A stretch of DNA of 51,896 nt, counting the filler, from Jimgerdemannia flammicorona (lineage: Eukaryota): the NCBI GenBank assembly GCA_003990765.1. It is 2 parts of 2 records of this genome, joined end to end, with 100 filler letters (N's around TTAATTAATTAA, not from the genome) between each part and the next. Parts side by side here need not be neighbours in the genome. Positions count along the whole stretch, not along the records: positions 1 to 25,903 come from RBNJ01000778.1; 1 more part is not named here. One strand, given 5' to 3'. The notes below the pieces were generated by a model. It did no database searches, was not told where the DNA came from, and was given only the letters and a program-made list of their open reading frames with translations. Positions 1 to 11,346 of this stretch are shown here, piece by piece; within the stretch, counting starts at the first letter, position 1; each line of letters starts with the position of its first letter. A program made the position numbers and the translations under genes.

Positions 1-439
1 AAAAAAAAAAAAAACATAGAGAATATATACAATATATCTTGAAAGTAGTAAGATATGTTGAAGATAAGTTACAAGAATCAGAGCCTTTTTTGAGCTGCAA
101 GAAATGGAGAGTGAGGGAACAAAATAGAGAGAGTGAGAGAATGAAGTAAGGAGAGTAAAGGCTCCTCAAAAAAAAAAAAAAAAAAAAAAAAAAAGCACAG
201 AGAATGATTGCAATAGTACCTTAAGTAAGGAGTATAGATAGTCTTTTCGAGTAGCAAGGCATGTAGAAAATGAGCCACAAGAAATTGAAAAGTAAGGGAA
301 CAAAGTAATAAAAGCAAAGGCCTTATAAAAAAAAAAAAAAGTGTAGAGAATATACCACACCTTAAGGAAAGAGTATGGGTAGCCTTTTTGAGCAGAGCTG
401 TGGAAAACAGAGAGCAGAAAAATAATACATGTAATTGCT

Positions 440-590
440 GGAAGTGCCTGATTACCAGAAGTGCCTAATTGCTAGATATACCATACCAGATTTACCAGAC
501 CAGATATATCATACTAGATGCATCTTACTGGATATACCTTACTAGATACATCTTACTAGATATGAATGCACTAGATTACTAGAAGTACTC
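440..590. repeat. Degenerate short tandem motifs (TTACCAGA/TACTAGAT)
   Basis: Repeated actagat/accagat/actggat units; possibly subterminal repeats of a DNA transposon. Confidence 0.45.
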
Positions 591-739
591 TATCATCTCT
601 CACTATATATTTGACTCTTCTAGACAATAAGTCAAATTTGAGGTATATTTATTGAAAAATTAATTTAGTGTTATTCTCTAAACTAATTTAACTTTTTCAA
701 ACATTCTTCTGCTCAATATTATATAGTTACAATAAGCTG

Positions 740-3650
740 AAATCAGAATGCTGAGCTCTACCAGGATTTCAAACATATATATACTTGAATAATCTTAGCT
801 TTAAGAGAATATCTCCTTGATACAATAAGCTCTTTACTATCAGAAAACACCCATTCAACTAGTATACTTATTGTGGAAATAGCTAGATAATCTCTGGCCA
901 TATTACTTAAATTAGGAAAGTCTATTTGATGTCTCTATAAATTTAAAATATAAGGAATTTTAGAGTTAAAAACTTATAATATTTAATAAAAATAATTATA
1001 AAAATTCTTATTTTCTACCAATCTAATATACCAATATCCTCCAATAAGACTACTCAATCAGTAGATAAATATATTATAAGCTCATCTATTGAAGATTTTC
1101 TTTTTCTTTTTTTATCATAAAAATACTATATAATAGAATTATTTACATAGTTATCCAAACTATAGTCAGAACTCAGTAGATGTAATATTTTAGCATAGTT
1201 TACTTCTTTTCTTTGTCTTTCCTCAATATTCTACAACCTTCTAGTACTTTCCAAATATTTAGAAATCCTCTCTTAGTACTGAGCATCCACTAGTACTTAT
1301 TTAGCTAGTCACTGAATGTCTTAGAAACTTATAGAACTTTATTTATCATTATTTGTCATTCTTATTGAGAACTTTCCTCTTGGCATTTTCCTTTGATTTC
1401 TCAGATCTTTCTGGATCCTTCTTTCAGATCTTGTATAAATATCTCCTTTATTCTCATAAATAAAGCCTCAGAATATTTTCTCCCAGAAATCCTTTGAGAA
1501 CACTTGAATCCTTAAGTATCTCTTCAAGCTACTTAGAACCACCAGAACTAGTTGCTTCCTTATTTAGAAACTAGAACTGTTACAGTAGAGGTATATAGTT
1601 TTTCTGATATATATTGATAATTAATTGCTCTGCCTCCTTAATAAATTCTTTTCCCAGCCTTGATCTTTATAATATTAGAGCTTTAATCATAAATCTAAAA
1701 CTGATAAAATATTGAAATTATAATCAAAATAATGAAATTTCTCATTTTAATTTATAAAAAACAATACTTTACTTACTAGTACTGATAAAAAATATAGAAG
1801 TACCTGTTTTTGAATAATATTTTTTAAGCTTCTTCAAAGTTACTTCAATAGCTTCCTTTTATCTTAAAAGAGATGTATTTTCATTCTTCAATAAGTCTAG
1901 CAGATCTTCAAGTTGATTAATCAAAAGATTATATACATACTAGAATTATAGAATATATCATTGGAAACTTTTGCTAAATAACTTCTTTTATACATTCATT
2001 AAAATGCTAAAGAAAAATAAAGAGTAAAAGTATAAAAAAAGCTAAGTAAAGTAAAACTAAATTTGCAAAAATACTAATAAATATCTTTTTACTTACTTCC
2101 AAAACTTTAACAACTTTTCTCAATTTTGTCTACTCATTCTCTTTAATTACCATATCTCACATATCTTTATCAGTAGTAGCTATAGAATCTAGTACCTAAA
2201 TTATATATATTTGAATAAGTTAATATTAATTAATAAGTTAAATCCTATTCTATAATATTATCATTAATAATCTATATATTATAGCAAGTATTAGTGCTTG
2301 TTCAATCATTGTAAATATTGAGTTTCAATATATACTAATATCCAAAATAAGTTCTTTTGGATTGAGAGAGATTGTTTTATACTATTCAGTAAGTTTTTTT
2401 TTATCATAGTGGTGATGATTGAATTATAACAATTAATTTACATAACTTTGAAATAGTATTAGAGCTCTTGCTAGTTTTATTCCAATTACCAAATAGTTGT
2501 ATGAAATAATCTTGAGCAGCGAGATTCAGAACATAGGCTTAATACCATATATAGTTGTTATTAGTATCAAAGATTATATTTTCTTATTAAAGTTTTATTA
2601 CCAAAATATAGAGAAATGTAATATTGTTGAAGACATTGTCTATTATAATGGTCAATATCTATATTTCAAAATTTTGTTATATAAAATTATATAGAAAGTA
2701 ATTAATAATTAAAAGTAAAAAGTTTTTTTTTTTTTTTATTTTTATTCTCTTTTTATATTAGTTTAAAAATAAAAAACTCCTATATTTTAGTTATAATTCC
2801 AAGCTTGTGAATACAGTTTATAAATACTTTTGCAATATTTTCTTCTAAAGTAAGGACTCTCAAGCTTTATGAAGTCAAAAGTAAGAGTTTGAAGCTACTA
2901 ATTAGAATCAATCTAATATTTAGTAATACTGAGAAATAAAATGATATTGGGAGATATCCAGATATTGATCATAAATAAAATTTTACCTATAATACTCTAT
3001 AGTAAAATTTAAAATATAGTTAGTAACTATAATTAATTTAATATTATTCTTAATATTATTAATATTTTATCTAAAGCTTTTGATAGAGATTATTATATTC
3101 TTTTTTATAAGTCTCTATAATATTATTATGAATAGTATCAGTACTTGGAGTATATAAATCAGGCTTGAGAAGACCAAAGAGACTTTGTAAAGAAGTACTC
3201 TCAATTGTTATAAATGATTGATCATTATATATAATTCAATAAACAAGTCAATTTTGAAACTTTAGAGCAGAATATGACTAAATTAGAGGGGGTTTTTTTA
3301 AGTATAAAAGATACATTTTTAAAATAAAAAGGAGATTACTTATTTACTATAGCTGGAATATTAATTTTACTTAATATTATATTTAACTCTATTTTATGTG
3401 AATATTAGGCCTTTATATACTTTATCATATTTATTATAGAACTACTGTATATTTTATATTTCTGCCTATATTTTAAAATTTTTTATATTTATATCAAATA
3501 AACTATAAATATATTCAATGTAATTGTAAGTTTTATTTTTTTTTTTTAAAAAAAAAAAAAAAAATTATCTATAATACTTGTAAGTAACTTCATTTTTCTC
3601 AATTTTGGTATAGTATTGCCAAACTTTGGAACAAGGAGTATAGTATGGAA
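740..3650 (-). pseudogene. Decayed hAT-superfamily DNA transposase with AT-rich introns
   Basis: Minus-strand translation gives eroded hAT motifs in the right order: IIYNDQSFITIES (~3190-3240), FMINIWISPN...DFIKLESPY (~2850-2970, first catalytic D region), ILTIIIDNVFNN (~2620-2655, TTDNASNN-like), PKELILDISIY*NS (~2320-2360, DVxTRWNS-like) and FPNLSNMARDYLAISTISILVEWVFS (~840-920, dimerisation domain). Many stops; ends approximate. Confidence 0.8.
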
Positions 3651-3879
3651 TATTATTTTAAAAAGACTGGACATTGTTTAAAGAAGTCTAACTTAAAGTA
3701 TCACTAGTACTGAAAAATACTGATAACTGATCTATTGATATTAATGTTAATATAATATATATATGAGTATATATATATATATGTACATATTCATATTTGT
3801 GTTTATGAATGTACTCACAAATATTTTTCTCTCATATTCTTCTGTTTATATATAAGTTTTATTTATTTATGAGATTTAA

Positions 3880-4045
3880 ATTAGATAATTCAAATCTAGC
3901 TAAGATTCAAATTCAGTAATTCAAATTCTGAATTTAGTGATTTGAATCACCAGTTTGGAGGTTTAGATCAGAGCAGTCACAATTCAAATCAGTTTGAATC
4001 AGGAATAGTTACAATTTGAATTGATTCAAACTGACTTATTTGGAG
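3880..4045. repeat. Cluster of ATTCAAA/TTTGAA motifs in both orientations, probable hAT subterminal repeats
   Basis: Many attcaaat, tttgaatc and tttgaatt copies just 5' of the hAT coding relic. Confidence 0.45.
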
Positions 4046-5443
4046 TACTAGATATTGAGAGTCTCCTCTCATCTTATATATAAGTTCTCTACTTATCTTA
4101 CTTAGAAGAACCAGACTCTATCTACTATTCTGTATCTTGAGAAGAGTTTTTTCTTTATCTATCATTTCTTCTTGGGGTAGTAGGAGCTATTCTATTTAGC
4201 TTGGATATGGCCTTATACATATATTGGGTTTTGGGTATATACTTTTGATTATTAGTATATAGCTAAGTTCTCCCTAGTGGTAGAGAGAGCATGGTGTACA
4301 GAATGAGATATAGGTCACTATAGGCCCTGCTGTACCTGGTATGGTTAAGCTACTGAATAATAGCTAGTCTAAGTTTAATAAGAGAGCAGTGCTCAATGGG
4401 TAGTGAGAGAGGGTTTTGGCCTATATAGTCTAGGTTCTCTTCCAAAAAAATCTGCAGGACTCTGAGTCTATAAAATAAAAAAAAAAATAAAAAAAAAAAT
4501 TAAATCAATAAGGACAATCTGATGATCTGATTAAAGCTATAGATTATTGATAATATTAAAATATATTCTAATAGCTCTGAAATATAAATATTAATAATTG
4601 ATAATAAATATCATTATATTATATATTTTATAATAATTATTCTAATTTCAATTTTTAAAATTAGTAGAATTATTATTAAAAATATAAATCATTAATTTCA
4701 GTTTATTATAATTGAGTTTTAAAAATATATAATTTAATATAAATATATTAGATTTTTTTTTATAATATTATCTAATTTTAATAATTCTAAATTTATTAAT
4801 AAGTTTAAGATTATTTAAATTAGCTAATATATTTTTAAATTATAATAAAATATTTAGTATATTTAAAATAAAGCTTAATTTAATTTAATTTAACAAATTT
4901 GATCTAAAACCCAAAATACTCTACCTAATACAGAAAATATATTCTAAGAAATATTTGATATAAAAATGATCTAATCTGAGAATCTGTCCACTGTCTGATC
5001 TAAAAGTCTAAGAACTTGTCCGATCTGAGAACTTTAATCTGAAAATCTGTCACCTGGATTTTTATCTAATCTGAGAGCACATCTGATGTCCAAAGGTATA
5101 ATACTATATGTTGACTGTTAATAATGATGCAACACCCGATGTGAAAAGATCAATTCAAGCTCAAAAAATTATTCCATTGCTCATTGCCGTCCGTTTTCTG
5201 ACATAATATGATCATTGATAAACCAGCACAACACCTGTAAATTCATTCAACTGTCACAGAACGACTCTTAGTTAACTTCATGATCACTCAACAACTACCC
5301 TTATAAACCTTTGTTGGTCGGTGTGGCTAAGCTAAGCATTAGCTAGATGGATAGAGGATGTGTGAGAAGGTAGTGGTGTTGCAGTTGACAAACGTAAAGC
5401 GTAGATCATTTAAATTTGTAAATGCAAACGTGAGGATATTGTT

Positions 5444-6515
5444 TCACATCAACACCTCGGTAAATCTCAAGGACGCAACTTCATGGCACTGCGGCGTTTT
5501 CTTGCCAGTGCTTGCTGTTAATCCGATCCATGCTTCATCTTTCCCAATAATGTCACGGAGATGCAACTCATTCGCGGCAACCACGCACACATAATCCGTT
5601 CCAAAACCATTCTCGTCCACAATCGTCGATAGCCATACTTCCAGTCTATCACTAGCGCCGCTGCCGCCACTATCGCCATTCTCTGGGAGATAGAGAATTC
5701 GTGCTGTATACCATCCACCATCATTGAGCGGTGGTAGTTCAGTGACGCATCCCAAAGATTGCTCGTGACTCGCCATTACGTTGTAACCGATGCTCGTTTG
5801 GATGCTAATATGGTTGCCGTTTGGGTCCCCGCATAAGTCGCCCGATGACCAGACGTGACTACATGTAATGCCATGGAGTAGAGTGCCTGGGTTAGAGCAT
5901 GGTCGATCGCGACTTCAAATACTACCGCTGCGCGCAACAAAATCAATACTAACTTACCTTTCTTTTGTGTCAAATTCAACAGCAATGCTGCGGAAGGTTC
6001 CAGTGAATGCAGACAATTAAGTATTTAGACAGCCATAATTGCACGCAGAAAAAAAATAAACATTTAACTGACGATACCTATGCTTGATGCCTGAGAAACC
6101 GAGATGCCACTCCCCTACAGATCATAAAATGCCACCAAAGTTATTCCCACTCAATTTCACTGCTAAAGTCAATGATGCTAACGGGCCCATACCTACCTTT
6201 GCCAATGGCATTCTCTTTGTGCGCTTGCAAAACAAAAGCCATGCCTTCTGACCCATCTATGGCAGGCTCTCCGGGATTGCCATTCGTCATCCGGAATGAA
6301 AATTCGCAAGCAAATCCACCCAAGAAGCATATAGGGCGGATTGTCCAAACGGCCCCCACCTGTTCCGGAGCAGCATCGGTGAGGCGTACAAGAGGAAGCA
6401 ATGTGTATGCCGAATTGTTCATCGCTGATTCATTGGTAGAATGAAAAGGGAAAGTTGCATCCCCCACCACGCTTAGGTCAGAGTGCGTCAGAAGAACAAA
6501 TTGAGGCAATATTCC
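5444..6515 (-). other. L-type (legume/ConA-like) lectin domain
   Basis: Spliced translation: VRLTDAAPEQVGAVW, GFACEFSF, DGSEGMAFVLQ, LGFSGIKHS, IAVEFDT, DPNGNHISIQT, AWIGLTASTG...QCHEVASLRF. These are the hallmark L-type lectin motifs in order. Confidence 0.88.
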
Positions 6516-9500
6516 CTGATAGTCGTGGCAACAGTTTGTCAGATAACAATGTAAAAACCGAGAAATGTAAAGTACGCTGAAAGCTCATCATGTAATTACC
6601 TGAGGCTGAGAAACATCCTCTGTAGCATTTGAAATACCATTGAACGAGCTCCTCCAATGTACACGGGCCACCGTCGACCTGAATTGAGTCCACTCCAACC
6701 ATTCATCACGTCGCTGCCATCGCCAATAGTACCTCAACAGGCCTTCCAAGGCTGCAAAATTGTTGGCACGAGCTATTGTTTCGACTTTATGTAGGCCGTC
6801 GCGCACTTGCTTCATGTCGTTTCCAGCCGTCTTCTCAGTAGTGCAATTCATCGACATCAGCAAACTAATCGCTTCAGGATCCCCCAGGTCTGCCGCTCGT
6901 TGCAACAGTACCACGGCAAGGTTCAAGAATCCAAACTGCATCGCCCCCACCCCAATCTCTCGAAGCTCTTCCGTTACACGTAATCGCCGCAGTCCCGATG
7001 ATGCCGCCTCTTCGCATAGCGCCCAACGCTGCAGACTGACGCCATATTCCGAGAAATCTGGCGTTTTTTGGGCTAAGGAATATAATTGCAATGCCTCAGG
7101 CAAGTTCTTCTCGACACCATGTAAGCCGTGCTCGTAACAGTAAGCAATAAATATCTGTGCTTTTCCGAGATTCATGTCAGCTAGTTTGCGCCACCAGGGT
7201 ATCGCTGCTGCATCAGACGTCATGACCATTTGGCGCACATCAGATACAAGGGCAGCTAACTCAGCACGTTTCGGAAAGTGATCATCGAGCACCTCAAGTT
7301 GCAACTTGACAGTTAGGAGGTCGAGGTAGAGCTCCAATGCATTGCAGACGTGGCCTTTGTCGGCGGATTTATAGAGCTTATAATCAATGAGAAAGATGGC
7401 TGCATTGCCATGACCTTTGGACGCAGATCGTCTGTAATGCTTGACTGCCACTGCCTCATCGCCAATCTGGAAGGGGAACAAAAGATATTGAGGTCAGAAA
7501 ATGTCGTGCCGTGTGTTATCGCAATCACAAGTGAATGTATTATACTGCGAACATACCGCATCATAATACCTTCCTAAAACATAGTCAGAGTGACCAATAT
7601 TGAGGTGGGTATACAATTTTGAGAGACGAACGGCCGCAATGGGGTGCTTATTTTCACGTAGTTCATGACCCTCACCATTGTACCATGTAATCTCCTTTCT
7701 AGAATAACTCTCGAACCAGAGCTCATGCAGCATATCCTGTGCGTGTGCATGTCCCAGTTTTGCTGCCTGCACGAGGAAATCATGGGCTTGAACGTGAACA
7801 TTAAGTCGTCGAGGGAGAATGTTAAAATTGTGTGAGCCTTGGCAGAAGTACCATTCTGCGAGTTCGTCACGCCTGTCAGGGTTTAATAATTCTGCAGGGG
7901 GGATGTCACCATCTGGAGTAGTACTCTCTGCATCACCATCTACATAATTATTATAACAGACAATAAGGTGACAATATAATTATCGTCATACTCTACCTCG
8001 CTCCATATGCAAGAACAACTCTGTATTCATACCGTTTTTGTGATCAACAGAGCAACATGCCCACGAAGTCATACATTCTTGCTGGCTCACAAAGTTGGCG
8101 ATGGATACTAATGGCGAAAGTGGCATAGGTTCACCCTTCACATCTAGGTCACCGCCACTTACGAAATCTGTAGGAGTCAGTTGCTCCGATTGACAATCCG
8201 ACAATGCTGTCCCCAGGGTGCCATAGCCACCGGCTTCGACCGGGTCACCGCCCCGTACGAAGTTTGTAGGAGACAGTTGCTCTGATTGACAATCCGACAA
8301 TGCTGTCCCCAAGGTGCCATAGCCTCCGGCTTCGACCGGGTCACCGCCACTTACGGAGTTTGTAGGAGACAGCTGCTCTGATTGACAATCCGACAATGCT
8401 GTCCCCAGGGTGCCATAGCCACCGGCTTCGACCAGAGTGTCACGGCTATTCACGGAATTAACTAAGGTTAACCCTAATAATGTACTGTGGTTAGCTTCAG
8501 GTGGCACATGTTTATCGCGAGACGCCGAGACAGCGTCATCGTTCATGTCAAGCACCTTCAATTTGCTTCGGAGGGTTGCCATGACTGTAGGAAAAGGATG
8601 CTCTGTTAAGGTGTTGCCTACTGACATTGGGGTGTAGGCAATTGTGGCTCGACTTGTCTCCACATCAACTTGACGACTACTACACAAAGCTGGAGCTCCG
8701 TCAACCATGGTGCTTGCGGTCAAAATAGGATGTGAAACAACCCTGGCGAAGTCGCGGCCCTGCCTCCAGTCACCCACTCGTTCCTCGAGATACATGATGA
8801 GCCAAGGTAGGAGTGGGCGGTCCTCTGGGTCGAACGCACAGCACCAGCGAATAACGTCACAGATATCTTGAGGATGGTCAGATGGAAGGGCCAACATGAG
8901 CTCATGTAGATGCTTTCCAGAGAAACGGTATTTTTCATTTGCTTTCTCATTAAGGGAGGCCTTGCTCATGCCCGCGTAAGGCTTCTCTCGTGCGTCAGTA
9001 GCGATCTCCCATAGGACGATGCCGAGTGAGTACACATCCGTCGCTTGTCGGTTTTCGACATCCTTCGAACGCCATCGCTCGGGCGCTACATATCGAGGAT
9101 CACCTTTGGGCGTAGCATATATTTTCATGCTAAGAGTCGGAGGTTGGAAGGATTGCGATATATGAACGTACCGATGGAAAGCGCAGGCATACTTACGACC
9201 AATATTTCGGAAATTCTCGTTCCTTGCAGAAACATTGAAATCGGCAATCATTACAAAAGAGACAAGACTTCCGATGCCGCTTAATACAACGTTATCACTC
9301 TTGATATCGCCATGGATAATTCCTGTTAAGTCGAAAGAAATATAAAAAAATGGTCGATGAGCCGCGAGCATCTTTATGGCAAACGTACTAAAAAGAAACT
9401 CAGAATTACAGCACGTACCGTGTTGATGCATGGCATGAATGGCAGAGCAAAGCTCCATGAAAATGACACGTTTTTGATACCACGATAGTCGTTGTGGTTC

Positions 9501-10026
9501 GTTGGGCTCTTTAGGGTACATGACCGGCGCCTGGAGGTAGCTTGTCAGGGACCTGTCGCCTGCATACAAGAGCAGACTACCTAAACAACAGGCAAAGAAG
9601 AAAGCATATGTTGCACATGTTAGAACCTGCTTAGTGAGTCTGCACATTTGACTTTGATATGCAGCATTTCTAGCAAAAAAAAAAAAAAAAAAAAAAACTG
9701 CTCACAAACTTCTCTGTTCATGGCTACTCCGGTTTCGTCCTCCGAGGTCTGGTCCTCGAAATATACTCCTTGTAGGTCGGCCACCAGCTTATAGTTTCGG
9801 TAATCTCTCAAGTTTTTGAGAAGGGTCAAGTTCTTATCTCACGGACGATATCGATCAGTTTGTTGCGATTGCCGTCCAGGACAAGTTTCTTCACGGCGAC
9901 CGGGCGAGTGTTCCAACTTCCATGCCAAACGGAACCAAATGCGCCGCTACCTATTTCCCAGTGCAATTCAACTTGTTGAGATTTCGCCACAATGGGTGAA
10001 TTGTGTGATGGCGATCTGAGAGACAT
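5444..10026 (-). CDS. Multi-exon gene: TKL-like protein kinase + 3x32-aa repeat + Sel1-like repeats + C-terminal L-type lectin; frameshift at ~9830 (possible pseudogene or assembly indel)
   Basis: CpG-rich island unlike the flanking TEs. Kinase motifs GSGAFG, VAVKK, HGDIKSDN, IADFN, YVAPE, DVYSLGIVLWEI, DPEDRP. GT-AG introns that keep frame: 9581-9705, 9323-9418, ~9105-9197, 7940-7996, ~7467-7556, 6516-6599, plus three in the lectin part. Stop TGA at 5444-5446. Confidence 0.75.
6600..7939 (-). other. Sel1-like (TPR-related) repeat region
   Basis: QAAKLGHAHAQ, AVKHYRRSASKGHGNA, AQIFIAYCYEHGLHGVEKNLPEALQLY and LQRAADLGDPEA match the Sel1 consensus. Confidence 0.8.
8146..8433 (-). repeat. In-frame coding tandem repeat, 3 x 96 bp (VEAGGYGTLGTALSDCQSEQLSPTNxVxGGDP)
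   Basis: ggcttcgacc recurs at 8232, 8328 and 8424; three near-identical 32-aa units are visible in the ORF track. Confidence 0.95.
8770..10026 (-). other. Protein kinase domain (TKL-like), exons 1-4
   Basis: Gly-loop GSGAFG, VAVK lysine, catalytic HGDIKSDN, DFN in place of DFG, APE and subdomain IX-XI motifs in ORFs 9826-10026, 9620-9829 and 7986-9647. Confidence 0.9.
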
Positions 10027-10230
10027 GAGGTTCTGGATGGGCCTTGGTACGTTGGTGTGGTCGCTCTCTTGTGGATGGTTGACGCGTCCAATTTAAGATT
10101 ATAGAATGTTACGATTGCCGATAGCGAGAGGCTCACGAGACACTATGCAAGCTGTATGGTTCTATCTCTCAAGGCCTTTCGATATGATTGCGTGGCACCT
10201 TACGTGTATTATGCAAAAGGCTGTATAAAT

Positions 10231-11055
10231 AGAGGAGGAAGAAGGCCCAGCGGGAGCCAAGGGAGCAAACCCAGAGCCAGTGTCAAAGCGAACGGAAGAC
10301 ATGTGGAAGAGCGTGTATAAGGGGGACAAACAAAGAACGTAACCGAAATTGCATCAGCTGTTTATTGCCACGTAAAAATGCAGTCCTTATATACAAAATA
10401 TGACGTCCCAAAAGGGAGGATGCGCCACAACTCAGGGCGAACCGAATTAGGAACCACATGACTGCCGGAGATAGGCAGAGATAAAGGGGGAGCCAATCCC
10501 AGTTGCAGGATAAAAATCACAAACAAACACAAATAAAACAAATCCAAATCGAGATTAAAAAACATCCTTGCCCCCTCCAGGGTCTCGTGCTTGCTCCAGG
10601 GTCTCAGCCTTACTCTGCTCCCCTCCGCTGCCTTCGGCCCCTCGCTTCACTCGGGCTTGCTGCGGCTCACTCCGTTTCGGCCTCACCCCTCGCTTACGCT
10701 CACCCCTCCGGGGTCTGCGGATGTTTTTTAATCTCGATTTGGATTTGTTTTGTTTGTGTTTGTTTGTGATTTTTATCCTGCAACTGGGATTGGCTCCCCC
10801 TTTATCTCTGCCTATCTCCGGTGGTCATGTGGTTCCTAATTCGGTTCGCCCTGAGTTGTGGCGCGTCCTTCCTTTTGGGACATTATATTTTGTATATAAG
10901 GACCGCGTTTTTACGAGGCAATAAACGGCTGATGTAATTTTGGTTACATTCTTTGTTCGTCCCCCTTATACACGCTCTTCCACATGTCTTCCGTTCACTT
11001 TGACACTGGCTCTGGGTTCGCTCCCTTGGCTCCCACTGGGCCTTCTTCCTCTTCT
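10231..11055. repeat. Long inverted repeat: 337-bp arms (10231-10567 / 10719-11055) around a 151-bp loop
   Basis: The left arm is the reverse complement of the right arm. The ORF track shows the same peptide on opposite strands (10362-10565 minus, end of 10568-10924 plus). Confidence 0.95.
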
Positions 11056-11346
11056 GTGATTTTTATCCTGCAACTGGGATTGGCTCTCCCTTTATCTCCG
11101 CCTATCTCCAGCGGTCATGTGGTTCCTAATTCGGTTTGCCCCGAGTTGTGGCGTATCCTCCCTTTTTGGGATGTCGTATTTTGTATATAAGGACCGCATT
11201 TTTACGTAGCAATAAATGGCTGATGCAAATTCAGTTATGTTCTTTATTCATCCCCCTTATACACGCTCTTCCACATGTCTTCCGTTTGCTTTGACACTGG
11301 CTCTGGGTTCGCTCCCTTGGCTCCCGCTGGGCCTTCTTCCTCCTCT
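11056..11346 (+). repeat. 5'-truncated tandem copy of the pseudo-LTR, running into ORF1
   Basis: gtgatttttatcctgcaactggg...cttcttcctcctct repeats ~10766-11055; includes TATATAA, AATAAA and the ORF1 ATG (11275). Confidence 0.92.

Noticed and set aside
1..360. Short Phe-rich ORFs at the window start
   Set aside because: Artifacts of poly(A) runs in low-complexity sequence.
392..405. cagagctgtg resembling the reverse complement of cacagctcctg at ~35694-35704 as TIRs of one giant element
   Set aside because: Short imperfect match, no TSD, and an assembly gap lies between them.
4150..4500. G-rich stretch ending in an A-rich tail, possible LINE 3' remnant
   Set aside because: No protein motif or matching copy in the window to support it.
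10362..10924. Small ORFs repeated in the pseudo-LTRs (MFFNLDLDLF...)
   Set aside because: They recur only because the DNA is repeated; no domain or independent coding evidence.
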